From contig CM052817.1 of NCBI GenBank assembly GCA_028534125.1, positions 67,210,001 to 67,274,000 of the forward strand: 64,000 nucleotides of DNA, in the 5' to 3' direction. The DNA comes from Lama glama (lineage: Eukaryota). Under the pieces are notes generated by a model that was not told the origin of the DNA, did not search any database, and worked only from the letters and a program-made list of their open reading frames with translations. The position numbers and the translations under genes are program-made. Positions 1-13,620 of the stretch are shown here, in pieces; within the stretch, counting starts at the first letter, position 1, and every line of letters begins with the position of its first letter.

Positions 1-337
1 TGGTTTTTAAGTACTGGTTCTCCCCAATATCCAAGGTTAACTTTTATCGGTGATTTCTCTTGGAAATAAGATTTAAAATCATGGTTTTTCACTTACGTTA
101 GGATAGTAATTTAGACCTGTGCCCTGTATCAAACCACGTGTGTAAGAAGAGGAACCTTGTATGGATGGGAGCTAGGTTTCCATGAGTCCTTCCTAGTTAA
201 TTTGTGCAACAATGGAATAGTTAAAGCCAGCAGCAATGGCAGGCTCCACAGAGATGATGTATGTCCAACTGCTCCTCCAGAGATGCAGTCCGGAGGTTAT
301 AGGGACCAGAGACAGCTGTCCCTTGTAAAATTGCTGT

Positions 338-364
338 ACACACACACACACACACACACACACA
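338..364. repeat. (CA)n microsatellite
   Basis: Uninterrupted CA run directly visible. Confidence 0.95.
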
Positions 365-700
365 AGCGCGTGCGCAGGAGTATAGCAAGTAGCGCGGCTG
401 TTACTCAGCGAAGATCTCTGCCTGGACCCTGCGCAGCGCTGACTGCTTTCCGCGGTGAGGAGCATCCCGCCGTTCGGGGGACAGCCGGAATTGCTTAGCT
501 TCTCAGGAGGCCTTAGTCTCCACTGGAGGAAATATACATTCACCCTCCTAAGCTTCAGCCTGAGGCTGTGCGAATGTCTGCCCTCGATAGCTCAAAAGTT
601 CCCCTAATCCACTGAGATCTCACGGCGCACGGGATATTTAAATCTCAGTACAAGAAGGGTCTGTGAAGGGGTGCATAGCATTGAAAACGGGAAATATGGC
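365..700 (+). promoter_or_regulatory. Small CpG-rich promoter-like region with possible non-coding first exon
   Basis: Local CpG enrichment in an otherwise CpG-poor window. NRF1-like AGCGCGTGCGCA at 365-376, splice-donor-like GCG|GTGAGG at 454/455, E2F6-type TCCCGC at 465-470. Confidence 0.55.
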
Positions 701-1232
701 CGTGGCTTTGAGTGGATACAGAAAAGAGTAGCTAAGCCATTTATTTGGTTTAAAATTGTTAAAATTCCTGTCAGAAGAATAAAGTGGTTAGTACAAATCC
801 TTCCTTTCATGGTGTGGACTAGAACCGAGCACTCTGCCTTTGTCGCTGGAAAATGTTAAAATGACAACATTTAGAAAGGCGTCAGAAAACAGATTGACTT
901 GTTTAAATTCTTACAAGAAGAAATGTCCAAAGAAGTGGGGAAAAAAATTGGAAGGGGGCAAGAGGGTGAATTAGAAATACAAAGAGAGAGAGAGAGAATA
1001 TCGTAGATTACGTGGAATGCTTAGAAAATTAAAACAAATCAGTATTCCAAAATAGAGAAAAAAGACAGAAGACCTTTAAAAATTTCCACTTATTAAATGA
1101 CCAAATGAACTCCATTCTGAGAACAGGAAGGAAAAAAAAAGTTGTAAATTTAGACTTAGGAGTGCAAAAGAAACTGGGGTATTAATATGTAAATCCTCTT
1201 TAATAATATACAATTTATTTAAACTTTTCAAG

Positions 1233-1319
1233 GTAAACATGTATCAGTTTGATATGGGAGATGTTTCTGAGGTTTTCATATATGTGATTGTCCTGGTGCT
1301 CTTGTTTGAGGGATCAGAG
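1233..1319 (+). other. Candidate exon (87 nt; open frame VNMYQFDMGDVSEVFIYVIVLVLLFEGSE)
   Basis: ttttcaag acceptor and GAG|gtaatt donor in unique sequence; one frame is stop-free. Confidence 0.25.
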
Positions 1320-1489
1320 GTAATTTTTTCACATTGTTTGGTTTTATTTTTTTTTTAATGTGATGATTGACTGGATACCACCTGTTCACCCAAAGCACCA
1401 ACTTTTTTTCGCATTAATTCTAGGAAATGCTGTTCCATGGCTTACAAGCAGTTCACTGGTTATTTACTAAAGAGTTCCATACATACAGA

Positions 1490-1705
1490 GGGGTTATTTA
1501 TTATGTGCTTGCTATGTCTCAGATACAATTTGAAGTGCATTAAAAATATTAACATGTTTTATTTTCATAGCAATCCTGTGCCATAGCTAGTGGAATTGTA
1601 TGAGACACAGATTGACTAAATCGCCTGTCCAAATCACCCAGCTATGGGCAAGCATAAAACTTCCAAGCCCATGGCTCTGAAATCCAGGGATCGTCTGAGC
1701 TGTAA
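1490..1705 (-). mobile_element. MIR SINE
   Basis: Degenerate MIR core (…atgagacacagattgactaaatcgcctgtccaaatcacccagcta…). Confidence 0.6.
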
Positions 1706-1989
1706 ACCACCACAGTAGATCAACTAGAGAGAATAATGAAAGAGAACCAATATTTTCTTTTTTCATTCTTATTTCAGTTTTATCTGAACTTGAAAGCAAT
1801 TATAAACATATATAGCAAAAAAAATTTTTTTTGGATGTCATAGCTAGTAATGCCTGACAAATAATCAAGCAGGTGACTTTATAATGATTATTCAAGTTTG
1901 AATGACCTAAATTTTACATAAACACTCCAAAACAAGCATGATTTAGGTGACCACTGAATTATTGAAAACTAGGGCTGCTACATTCACAG

Positions 1990-2031
1990 ATTGTAAATGG
2001 CCAGAGAGCCCCCAACGTTATTCCATGAAAG
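1990..2031 (+). other. Candidate exon (42 nt)
   Basis: ttcacag acceptor (weak pyrimidine tract) and AAG|gtgatc donor; ATG at 1997. Confidence 0.2.
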
Positions 2032-2196
2032 GTGATCTGAAGGGATTTTCTGTTACTTATGTCATTGTATTTTGATGTATTAAAGAGATAGATTTAATTA
2101 AGACCAGTTAATTTCTAACTTGGCCCTAGTACTAATTCACTCCTCCCACATCTTCAATCCCCAAAGAAAAAGCATCATTAAAAAAAAATGTATATA

Positions 2197-2438
2197 CATT
2201 TGACCCCTGAAGAACTCAGGGTTTGAGAGCACCACCCCTCAAACAGTCGAAAATCCATGTGTAACTTATAGTTGGTCCTCCATGCACTCGGCTCCTCCAA
2301 AGTTCCTCCACATCTGCAGTGCTGTATTTCCAGGTACAGCCAACTGCACATCATGTAGTGCTGTAGGATTTACTATTGAAAAAATCCACGTGTAAGTGGA
2401 CCCATGCAGTTCAACTTGTGTTGTTAAAGGGTCAACTG
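2197..2438. mobile_element. TcMar-Tigger non-autonomous element (MER8-like)
   Basis: ~240 bp with terminal inverted repeats catttgacccctgaagaac … gttgttaaagggtcaactg and TA at the left flank. Confidence 0.85.
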
Positions 2439-3339
2439 AAAGTTATACATATATATATAACCATTAAAATATCTTATGTCAGTCTAACCCTAAAGATACC
2501 AGGAAGCTGAGAAAACAAAGGAAATTAAATATAGAGAAAAGAGAGCATTCTACAAAATTTTTCAAACCACTCAGATGGGGATGAAATAAAAGGCCCTTTG
2601 AGGAAGAAGGCTGGGAATGCTTTCCCTCTCATTTCAAGACCTACAATTACATAAGCTATTCCTCTTAGGTCCTGATGTCTAATCCTTTAATCATCTTCAA
2701 GACCCTCTTATTTGTATTCCAAAATATGCCTTAATTTTTGCAGTTTGAAGCCATGTTGCTTTCTTGTCAGAGCCTCTTTGATTTCCTATTCAAACTCTGT
2801 TTTAAAAATCTACTTTTTGGGTAAAAAAGCTTTCTATGAATAACTTTTACATCTTTTTATTCTAAATTTTTGTTACAACCCATGTTTTATATGTATTTCA
2901 CTAAAATACATTAAATGTTTTCTTGTAGTTTGTTTAGTCTTAGCTTTTTAATATATTGATCACTTATATTCTGTAACACATGCTTGAAAATGTCACCATG
3001 TATTTGTGATACAGTTCAATAAAAACTAACAAAAATTAATAAAAATTTTAAAAATCAATAAAAATAACTCTCTCCCTTTCTCTCTCAGACACACATACAC
3101 ATACCCAGACATTATATAGCTAATTTATTCTGAAATTTAGTGACTGTCAAAGCATTTGCTAAGTTTTTTCACATGTTTTTAGTACTGTTGTTTTATTAAG
3201 TTAGTATGTAAAGTTTCGTCTAATACAAAATACAATAATCTGTTTTCCTTTACCAATTTAACAAATCTTTATTGAGAGCCTGCTGTGTGACATGCATTGA
3301 TTTAGGCTCTGAAAATAGAGTCAGAAACAAAATGAATTT

Positions 3340-5190
3340 TAGCTTGGGTAAACTGGTAGTCAATTAGGAAAACAAGTGAATCTGGATCCTTACTTCAGTT
3401 CTCAGCTCCACACCCGTTGTCAAATTGGAACTGGTCAGAAATTTAAATGTAAAAAATAAAAGGATAAAGGTGCTAAAAGAAAGGACATTTTTTTTAAAAA
3501 ATATAATGTCTGAGAGGAAACATTGTTTCAGTAAGAACCAAAAAGATTAATAAATTGTATATGTGTGTATATAAATGTACACATATATAGATACATATAC
3601 ATATATATGCACTAACTTTTATGACAAAAAAGACTTATGTATGTATACCCGTGTATTAGGGGAAAATAATTTGGAGCAGATATGGTAGATGCAATTATAA
3701 TGGCTATAATATTCAGAGATATCTTAAAATTATCTAAGAAAAAATTTCAGTTTAGAATGAGCATAGCATATGAGCAAGAGATACAAAGAAATACACAAAA
3801 CAAAGATACATTTTAAATTGTGTATTGAAAACAGGCAAAAGGAAACAACAAAAAACTAGCAAACCAAATACACAACATATAAAAAGGATTATATAGCATG
3901 ATCAATTGAGATTTATCCCAGGATTTCCAGGTTGCAAATCAATTATTATAATATACCTTATCCACAGAATAAAAGATATCATGATACATCATCATTTTAA
4001 TAGATACAAAATAGCATTTAAAAATATAATATCCTGTTTTATTAAAAATATTCAACACAGTAGGGCTAGAAGGGAACCTCCTCAGTCTAATAAATGGCAT
4101 CTAATAAAAAAGCAAAAACAAAACAAAACAAAAAAACAGCTATCACACTTAAGAATGAAAGACTGAATATTATTCCCTTAAAATCAGGAGTAAGGCAAGA
4201 ATGTCCATTCTACCCTGTTCAACACTGAAGGTTCCAGGAAGGTTCAGACAGAAAGAAAGAGAGAAAGAAAAGAAGAAAGGAAGGAGGGAAGGGAAGGGGA
4301 GAAGGAAGGAAGGAGGGAAAGAAGGAAGGATGGAAGGAAGGAAAAAAGAGAGAAGGTATTCAGATTGGAAAGGAAATAGTAAAACTATCTATATTTTAGA
4401 TAACATGATTTTATACAACAAAGAAAACTCTAAGGGATTCACACATACACAAAAAATTAGGAATTAGAATGAATAAACAAGCACAACAATATTTCTGGGT
4501 ATCAGATCAATATACAAAAATCAAATGTATTTCCATACACCAGGAATTGATAGCCTCAAAATGAAATTCAGGAAACAATTTCACTTACAACAGCATAAAA
4601 ATAATAAAACTTAGTAATAAGTTTAACACAAGAAATGCAAAACTTGTACTCTGAAACTATAAAATATTATTGAAAAGAATTAAAGAAGATGTAAATAAAT
4701 GGAAAGTTATCCCATGTTCATGAGTTGGAAGACTTACAGCTTTTTAGGTGGTAATATTCCCTAAACTTAGCTACAGATCAAATGCAATCACTTTCAAATT
4801 CCCAGATGGGTTTTTGCAGAAATTGACAAGCGGATTGTAAAATTCATATGGCTGTGTAGTGACAGCAAAGATCTTTAAAAAGTTGAAGGAGGCACACTTC
4901 TCAATTTCAAAACTCAACACAAAGCTAAAGTAAGCAAGACAGTGTAGTACTAGCATAAGGACACATGATTCAGTGGAATAGAATTGAGTTTAGAGTTATA
5001 GAAATAAACCATTACATTTAAGGTCAAATGATTTTTAACAAGAGTTCCAAGACAAGTCAATGGGGAAAGAATAGTCTTTTCAACAAATGGTACTGGGAAA
5101 AACAGCCACGTGTGAAAGAATTAATTTAGACCCTTTCATTACACCCTACACAAAAAGTAACTCAAAAATGGATCACAGGTCTAAATATAA
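3340..5190 (+). mobile_element. Ancient L1 ORF2 fragments (L1M-type)
   Basis: A-rich decayed ORF2 sequence (…aaatcaggagtaaggcaagaatgtcc…, …gatcaatatacaaaaatcaaatgtatttcc…, …ggggaaagaatagtcttttcaacaaatggtactggg…). Confidence 0.85.
4248..4352. repeat. (GGAA/GAAA)n purine-rich simple repeat inside L1
   Basis: Directly visible. Confidence 0.9.
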
Positions 5191-5444
5191 GTTCCCTGAA
5201 TAGAATGGCTTTTTCTATTTTTACCACTGCAGTAAATCCAATTTGGCTGGCACCACATGAAATTATGAAATAAACAATTACAAGTCTAATGGAAAGATGA
5301 TTTACTCTCAAGTGAAAATTAACTTACACAGTAGCAGTATGTAGAGTATGCTGTATCTAGATAAGCAAGTGTATGTATAGGTGGAATATTTCTGAAACAA
5401 TACACAAGGAAATATTATGACCATTTACCACTTATAAGTATGGC

Positions 5445-5950
5445 TACAAGTAAGTTAATTAGAAGACTATTTGAATTATAGTGACAAAAATCTAAGCCAA
5501 ATGGTTAAATGAAAGGAGTGTCACTCCCATTAATGTATAAATCTGTCAGTAGAAGAGGCAAATGCGGTGTTGGTCTAGGGATGTTTGAAATCAGAGAGAT
5601 TCAAATGAACCCAGAATTTCTTCTGTCTGTCTTTTTAAAAAATCTGAAATTTTCTTGTATATTAACATAATTATATCAAATCAACTTTATCCACCAGGTA
5701 GTGTAAAATTGTCATCTAAAGGTCTGGGTTTACTCCCTCATGAATTTATGGCCACTGGCTAGAGTGATACAAATGTAAAGTTTAGGACCATGTGCTCAGC
5801 CCCTAGAATAGTCATTTGACCAAAGAAGTTAAAGTTCTATGTTTGCTTTTGTTTGCATGATATGCCCACAGGTATGACCATGGAGGAGAGGTCTGCTACC
5901 AGAAGATAAAGAATGTTGAGCAGATAAAAATAATATATGTAATCTAAAGA
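5445..5950 (-). mobile_element. Old MaLR LTR (MLT1-like)
   Basis: Start resembles the reverse of an MLT1 3' end; heavily diverged. Confidence 0.4.
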
Positions 5951-7267
5951 TAGCTGATAGAGGAAAAAAATAAGCCTTTTTGTACTATTTTGGAGTTTTC
6001 CATATGCCCATATTCTACCTTAATTAAAAAAATATAGAACAGCATATATAAATATTTGCCATGCTAAATTAGCAGGATATAGACCTAACTCCTTGTTACT
6101 CTTGCTTATGTTCAATTCCATATGAAATGGCAAATAAGTGACCTCCTTGGGTATTTCTACCAGGAGCATATTCACTGGTCACACAATGGGATGACACCAA
6201 CCTTGTCTCCCAATGCCCACTCCCCTATACTTCCTTATCATGCAAATTGAGGAAGCTTATATACATGGCCCTCCACAGTAAGTCCAAGTGCATTTCCGAT
6301 TTGTATTGTGTCAATATGAACTAAAAAGACAAGTGATGTGTTCTTCCAAACACATTCAAAAGAAAAAAAGTAGAGCACAGACACGACCATGATAAAACTC
6401 TTCATCAGGAAACAAGATGGCAGACATACAGCAAACACTGTGAAGGCTCTGACCCCGGCAGTAGGCGAGATGTATCATTAATCCATAACTCTGCTCTCTA
6501 GGTACACTTCTGTCCATAGTTTTCCTAAGCTCCTAGATTCTCTTCTGGAAAGTTTTTTTCCCTTTCCATTATCTTACTTGACTTCATCCAGAAGTGAGAG
6601 TTTGGAGGATAGACAATTTTCTAATTTCAGCTTGAAAAGATTAAATCTTTAAGTTTGAAAAACTCAAATTCATTTTCTTCAGACATTTGGTTTTGGAACT
6701 ATTTTTCTTCCAGTCAGTTCAATGTGTCAATATCCATACCCCAAGCTGATTTCAAGACATCTGTTTCAGATCTGCTTTCTTTGCTTCCTTTTACTTTCTA
6801 ATCCTCCTATCCCCCACCTCCTTAATGATGGCTGCCTGGAGGTTATCAGGCTTGAAATACAAGACTACATCCTTGAAAGGAAAGATTGCATCCTTGTTCT
6901 GCATCTGCTGAGAAAGCCGATTGAACCTTTATTGATCAAATGCTCTTTTATCCCATTAAAAAAATATTTTCCAGTTGGTCAAGCTTCTGAGTTTGAACGA
7001 CTCTCTGCTTCTTTCTATGTCTGCTTACAACTTGTAATTCTTTCTTAATGATGTTCCTTTATTTTTAATACTTTGCCAAGCTCAGCAAATAGTAGTCAAC
7101 ACTTAAAGCAGTCTTCTATCCACATTTCATTAGACAACTGTTTTATTGTTGGACCTGGGTGTAATATGGACCACTAGTTTTTCAGCTTCTAATTGGTTTC
7201 TCCTCTGCCGTGCCAATTGCTACATCAATGCCATGCACTTAAAAAAAAAAAAGAAATAGGGTAGACT

Positions 7268-7620
7268 TTAAGTTAGCAAGGATAGGATAGGCTGCACTGC
7301 AAGAACAAATGTAAAATTTTGGTAGCTTAAAATAAAAAAGATCTTTTTTCTCTTTTTTACATCATGATCTAATGTGAGTCTTTATGTGAGTCCATCTTAG
7401 GGTTATGCAATCTGGAGTATGGCGGCGCCGAAGTCACCACAGCAGAGAAAGAGGGAAATGAATGAGGTACGTGGGCTTTTCACTTCCTCCGGGTACAAAT
7501 GACTTTCTTGTTAAATCCATCTATTAGTCACTTTAGTTCACTTTTCCTTTGCCAGAACTAGTCAAGTGGCCCTTATAAAGACATATAAGGGTATTTAATG
7601 ATTACAAATAATTTTTTCAT
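7268..7620 (-). mobile_element. MaLR LTR (MLT1-like)
   Basis: ggataggctgcactgcaagaacaaat…ggtagcttaaaataaaaaag and ccagaactagtcaagtggcc motifs. Confidence 0.55.
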
Positions 7621-7969
7621 GTCTCTAATAATAATAAATTTTCTAGAAAAGTTTTTCTCTGTTTCTTCCCAAGCATTTCTATATTCTTATTATCTTTTTT
7701 AATCTTATGGAATGATTTCTATTCTCAGAGTTCCAGTAAAACAGCATTCCCTGTCTAATCATAACCTCATAATCAGTGGCTTCTTTTTACATTAGTGCTA
7801 GGAACACAAAAATCAAATAAGAAATTGCTACTGACTTCTTCTTCTGCACCATCTGCAGTTTCTCTAGAGAGAGCAGTGATGCCTGGAATCTTGACTCTTT
7901 ATATTTCATTCCTATCCATCTGTGTGTTGCTGTCAGTAGATCTTCAAAGAGTCCTCTGTAATGTAAGGG

Positions 7970-8170
7970 AAGACCATGAGACTGGACCTGAGAAGCATCC
8001 TAAACATGTAGCCCACTAGATCTGTTAACACCAGACAAGTCACTCGATTTCTCTAAGTCTTAAAGAGCTCTTACCTTAAATGAGAATAATTAATTCAGTA
8101 AAAGGGTTATTGTGGATTTAGGAAAAATAATGTGTATAAAATGTACTACATATTCTGTAAAATACTTTAT
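7970..8170 (+). mobile_element. MIR SINE
   Basis: Core acaagtcactcgatttctctaagtc…aaatgagaataat…ggttattgtggatt. Confidence 0.6.
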
Positions 8171-8294
8171 GAAATTAGACAATTTAAAAAATAAAAATAG
8201 CATTAACTAGGTATAGTTTAGTTGACCAATTAAAGACAATAGTAAAGATCATTGCCTGCTTACCCAAGGTTTTGCCATGCTGATCTGTATAACA

Positions 8295-8600
8295 CATTTA
8301 TTGAACTAAAATGTACATATCATAAACTAATCCTCTTTTAAGAGTATGATTCAGTTGTTTTGTTTTCAGTATATTCACAGAGTTGTACGACCATCACTGC
8401 TATCTCGTTTTAGAACATTTTCATCTTCCCCAGAAGTCCCATACTCATTAACAGGCATTTCCCATTCCCTGCTGGCAACTACTAATCTACTTTCTGTTGA
8501 TGTGGATTTGCCTATTCTGGACATTTCATATCAATGGGACCATACAGTATGTGCTCTTTTGTGACTTGCTTCTTTCACTTAGCATTATTTTTAAGAACCT
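8295..8600 (-). mobile_element. L1M (L1MB/ME-type) 3' end
   Basis: ggcaactactaatctactttctgtt…gatttgcctattctggacatttcatat…ttgtgacttgcttctttcacttagcat is the antisense L1MB-type 3' UTR. Confidence 0.85.
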
Positions 8601-8614
8601 GTCAAATTCACAAC

Positions 8615-9158
8615 TGTGAAATGGAGTGCAGTGTGCCTGATGGCGGAGGGAGCAGGGGTTCAACCCCCAACCACAGGAGGAACTGAGATGGAGAAGTTTG
8701 CTACTTACAGGGCCTGGAGGAAGTGCCCGGCATGGGTCCACCGAGGGGCCAGGGCAGAGTGCAGGCAGGGAGGACAGGGCCGGGCACATGCTTTTACTAA
8801 ACTCCGTAGGTGGAGTACTTTGGGGTTCTTGGGCTAAGATCAAATTGGTCAGTCCAAAACAAAAGAGCGCCACAGAGGTCTTACCTAAAAGGCAAATAAG
8901 GGGAAGGCCCGAGAGGTAGGGGAGACTTGATCACCAGGAACCTTGGGGGAGTCCTGACAGGAACTTCCTGGTGCCCTGTGACCCTGTGGGCTTCTAGCTA
9001 GGGCTTGCTGGTGGGGCTAGCGTCAGTTTAAGGTCTCCACAGGCCGCCCGAGACACCAGCACCATGGAGAAGCTTAGCTGAACTCTCAACTGTCAGGTTT
9101 TCACCCCCCATCTCTGGTGAAGCATGTCCGAATAACTGCTGGAGGAAAGTGCCGGACA
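8615..9158 (-). mobile_element. Solo ERV LTR-like element (GC-rich)
   Basis: Sharp GC-rich block bounded by TG…CA; AGTAAA on the minus strand; no clear TSD. Confidence 0.55.
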
Positions 9159-10135
9159 TTGGAGCAGTTCAATCTGTATGTTAGACACACACAATTTCTC
9201 TTTGGGCTACCTAGCTTGTTCTGTGCCTTTAAAATCATCCCACTTCTCAAGTTTCTTCCATAATACCTTAGCTTCTTAAATCGTTGTTTGTGTGGAATTG
9301 GGAACGAGCCAACTGCTAATTGCTGTATAATCACCAGCAGGATAGAATGCAGCTAACACATTCTGACATCTCTCAGCCTGGGCTTAAAGAGAAAAAAAAC
9401 TTCAATTTCTGTTCCTCATTCCAAGATGTATAATTTTCATGTACATTTGAAGTTACTTGTTACAATTTTAGGAGTCATGAGGAGGAAACAAATATTTTTT
9501 CATTTTGTAAATCAAGGAAATGAAGTAGTAAATAGTTATACAAATGGGAGGTTGAGACTTTATAAAAAGCCTGAATATTTAAAATTTGATTTCCTAATGC
9601 TTAAAGATAAAATAAAAACTGTCTTATTTTTCTCTGACATCTGGCTAACACTGTCTATAAAACTGCTTATAAAGCAGATGAATTTTCCTTTGCTGATTCC
9701 ATTTGATTTATTACCAAAAGCCCAGAGATAGTACTTGTGGAGTTCAGGCTAAAAAAAAAAAAGAATGTTGCCTATTTGCTATGGAATTCTGATCCTTTAC
9801 AATGAATTGATTCTTCATTCAAAGAATATTTGGAAATTCTTTATTTCTCTCCTTTTTTCTTGTGACTCTTATTATTTAACTTTTGCCATCCTCTTATGTG
9901 ACTTCCTGCTTTTGTTAATTTAGTATGCAATATACAATACATTTGAATATACCATATGTCTCAAGATTTTAAAATGTGAAATAGTATTTATTAGGATTTA
10001 ATCTTATGTGTCAGTAAGCCAAGAAAAATTTTATTTTAATAAAACATCACAAATGTAGTCTGAAAGCTTTGATAGATACAAAAATAGAGGGAAGTGTACT
10101 ATTTGTCGTGATGATGCTTTTGTGTATTTGGATAG

Positions 10136-10361
10136 ATACCCCCAAAAAGTCCATAACCTACAAGATCAATCTCAGATAAAATCAAATGCACACACCAGGC
10201 AAGGATAGCAGCAAATCCTTTTCTTTTTGTAATTATCCAAAAACTGGTTTAGCTCACAGAAAGGCCAGATCCAAATCTGAACTAGATATAACCTTTTCAG
10301 AGAGTTGGAGAGATTTCCCCCGCTTCACTATACATGGGTACAGTCATGCGTCTTTGTTTCG
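10136..10361 (+). other. Two candidate exons (10136-10198 and 10301-10361) separated by a 102-nt GC-AG intron
   Basis: tttggatag and ccttttcag acceptors; CAG|gcaagg and TCG|gtaaga donors; joined frame YPQKVHNLQDQSQIKSNAHTRELERFPPLHYTWVQSCVFVS is stop-free. Confidence 0.3.
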
Positions 10362-11789
10362 GTAAGAGGTACAACTGGGAATAATTTGAAACACCACGAG
10401 TAAGGCAGTTTCTGAGATATTTATAACTTAAACCCAAACCTGGAAGTACTAAAACTCCTGTGGAAAAAAAGTCTGATCTTTTACAATTTCCTCCAAAATG
10501 AAATACAGAATTATTTCAATTTAAAGCATTTTTTGGAGGGGGAACTATATTTTTTCCCTAACTGTAAGTGTAACTCTCATATTTCAATGCCTAAAATAAT
10601 CAATTGCTGATAAAAGACCTTGCTGACTAAGCATTTTCCTATTTAATGTAAGTTCTCAAAGTTCAGTATTCAGTACCTGTAATGTCATTTGACTGTAATG
10701 AGGTTAACAAAAGGCCTGTTTGAATGGAACTATCTGAATTCACTACAAAATGAACTCACTATTTCTTCTATCAAATGAATACCAAAGAGAAGCAGATAGC
10801 ATTCACAGAATAACACATCAATAATAAATGCCTTAGAGAATTTGTAGGATCTTGTTTCATTAAGTTAAATTTGTAGGGATTTGTTTGTTTGTAACCACTA
10901 GTAAATACAGCAGTTAGAATATGGGCTGAATCAATCATTTTAGCATGTCAAGAGCTCAGTTTTGTGTTGTTGTTCCCTAATTATTTCATGAAGCACTACA
11001 GAATATCTATTCAACATATATTCATTAAAAGTTACTAAGTTAAAGCACTCTGAAAAGATATTTTTAAGAACACAGTGAAAAGTAAGGCATGAGACCCTCT
11101 CCGGCAGCCGAGGTAAAGCAATATGATAAATCCATATACCCAAAACATAACTAGGACTGATAAAATAATTCAAAGTGAAGAAATTCCTTCTGGCTGGATA
11201 GTCGACTTTACAGAAGACTTCTGAAAGTAGTAAAATATTGACCAAGGCTTTAAATTTCTGTGCCTTCTATTTCTATGAATGGAACTGACACCAAAATTAA
11301 AAAAATAAGAGTTCTTAAGGAAAAGATACAGCACTGAGATATGAAAATACAAAATATGGGTTAAAAAGTGGCATAATAGTCCATTAAAAGGAAATAGCTT
11401 TAAAGACCATGGGCAATTTTGAATAGTGCCATTAATGCTTCCTGACAATGGTTTAGGGCAATTAATTTTTTTTAACGTATGAATAACGTATGAAGAATTG
11501 CAATCTAAGAGAAACTACCAAATTAGAATAATTCTTAGATGCCAGATGCCATCTACATCTTTTATATCTAGTAGGTCTTATTTATACTTATAACAAATCT
11601 AAACTTACAGATCTGACCCCTCTCCACATGGCATCTCAGTGTCTTCTACATTAATGAGTAGGTAAATAAATGACAATAGTGAGTAAATGTACTTGAAGTG
11701 GAGGGTAGTTAAGGACTGTGTTTCAGGATAAGGGGACAGAAAGAAAAGTAATATGTAAAGCGTGCACTTCGTGTTATTGAAGAGTTCTT

Positions 11790-13620
11790 TTGTTGACAAG
11801 GAAAACATCTAACTATAGTTTCTACTCCTTTCTGATGTTTCCCTTTACAGCAAACTTTATAAAATGTTTACCATGAAATCGCTGTCTACACTTTCTGGTT
11901 TCTCAGTCTAACTGCAACTCACTTCAATTGGGTTTTCACTGGCCCCACTTTACTGAGACTTCGCCAAGATTCCTACTTACCTCCGTTCTGCCAAATCTCA
12001 TGTTTTTAACTCATCTTATTATCCTCTCAAACGTATCTGAGACCTGTTCTTCGAGAAACACTCTGTCCTTTTGTCTTGTTCTGTCATATCATGTCACTCT
12101 GATTGTCTTCCTACGTCCCTGACCACTCTTCCTTGGTTCCTCATTTTCTTCTTTTATTCTTCATTTTTGCAGTGCCCCATGGCTGTGTCTCTTTTTCTCT
12201 TGAGATGTAGCCTCGCTTGATGACTGAATCTAGACCTGTGGATTTGAAGAGCATCTCCATACTTACAATTCCCAAATCTAAACCTACAAATCTGAGCTCT
12301 CCCTAGAACTTCAGAAATTTACAGATTCAACTCATTACTTGACATAACCACAGGGATGTAAACTAGCATCATGGTCTCAAAACTCCTCATTTACCCCATC
12401 AAATCTATTTTCATTCTTCTCTAGCTCTGTGAGTGACATCAAAATCAGCCCAGTTGTGCAAGGTTAACATTTATGCATTTTCCTTGATAGTTATCTTTAC
12501 ATCACTCCCTAAAGCCAACTAATGAACAATTTCTGTTGTTTTAATTCCCCCCCAAAAAAACCCCAAGCCCATTCACCTCATTTTATATCTACTACTAATA
12601 ATTTTGTCCAAGCTACCATCATCTTTCATTTAAATTACTGTAATTAACTTATAACTGACTAATTTTGTTATTCTTGCACCATAAACCACTGTCCACACAG
12701 TAACCACAAACAGAGCTTTAAAATCGTATGCAGTTATTGCAATCCCCTTGCTTTCCAACCCCCAATGTTTCATGCATTAGTTTCCATTGCTGCTGTAATA
12801 AACAATCACAAACTTAGTGGATTAAAACAACACAAATGTATTGTCTTACTGTTCTCGGTGAGAAGTCTTAACACCAGTCTCCCTGGATTTAATCAAAATA
12901 TAGGCAGGGCTACCTTCTTTTCTGGAGGCTCAGAAGGAGCTCTGTTTCCTCACCCCTTCTCGCTTCTCAAGGCCATCCTCATTCTTTGGCTCATGGTCTC
13001 TTCCTCCATGTTCAGAGTCATCAGTTTTGTGCCTCTTTGTGCCTTTTTTTCATAGCCGTATCTCCCTCTGTCTCTCTCCTTCTGCCTCCCTCTTCCACTT
13101 TCAAGGATGCTGGTGATTATACCACATAATGCAGGATTATCGCCCCATCTCAGGGTCAGCTGATTGGCAACCTCAATTCCATCTGCAACCTTAATTCCCT
13201 TTGCTATGAAATGTTAACATATTCCAGTCTGCAGGGATTAGGATGTGAACTTCTTTGAGGGTCCATTATTCTGCCTCACATACCTTGCATTAGAGTAAAA
13301 TATAAAGTTTTTACTCCAGCTTCTAAAACCTTTATTCAGGATTCTCTTACTATCTCCAGATTCAACCCTTCCACACTACTAACCCAGCCACGTCGTCTTT
13401 CCATCTATTCTTCAGGCAGGACAAACAATCCACCCTTGGCCCTCCACCCTCTGCACTAGCTGTTTTCCTGTTTGCACGCCCTACTCTATCTTCACATAGC
13501 TGGCTCCTTCTTATTGTTTAAATCTCACCTTAAATTCTGCTTTTTCAGAGATAGTTTACTAAACCAACACATTTGAAGAAATTGTCCCTATTTTATCACT
13601 CTATTAAATATAAATTCTTT
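11790..13620 (-). mobile_element. L2 LINE fragments interrupted by an MLT1 LTR
   Basis: Pyrimidine-rich L2 signatures (tgagctctccctagaacttcag, gtccaagctaccatcatctttc, ttcacatagctggctccttc). Confidence 0.65.
12773..13280 (-). mobile_element. MaLR solo LTR (MLT1C/D-like)
   Basis: tgcattagtttccattgctgctgtaataaacaatcacaaacttagtggattaaaacaacac…ccattattctgcctcaca. Confidence 0.9.

Noticed and set aside
157..543. 113-aa and 116-aa overlapping ORFs
   Set aside because: They run through the (CA)n repeat and GC-rich patch, which suppress stops; no recognisable protein.
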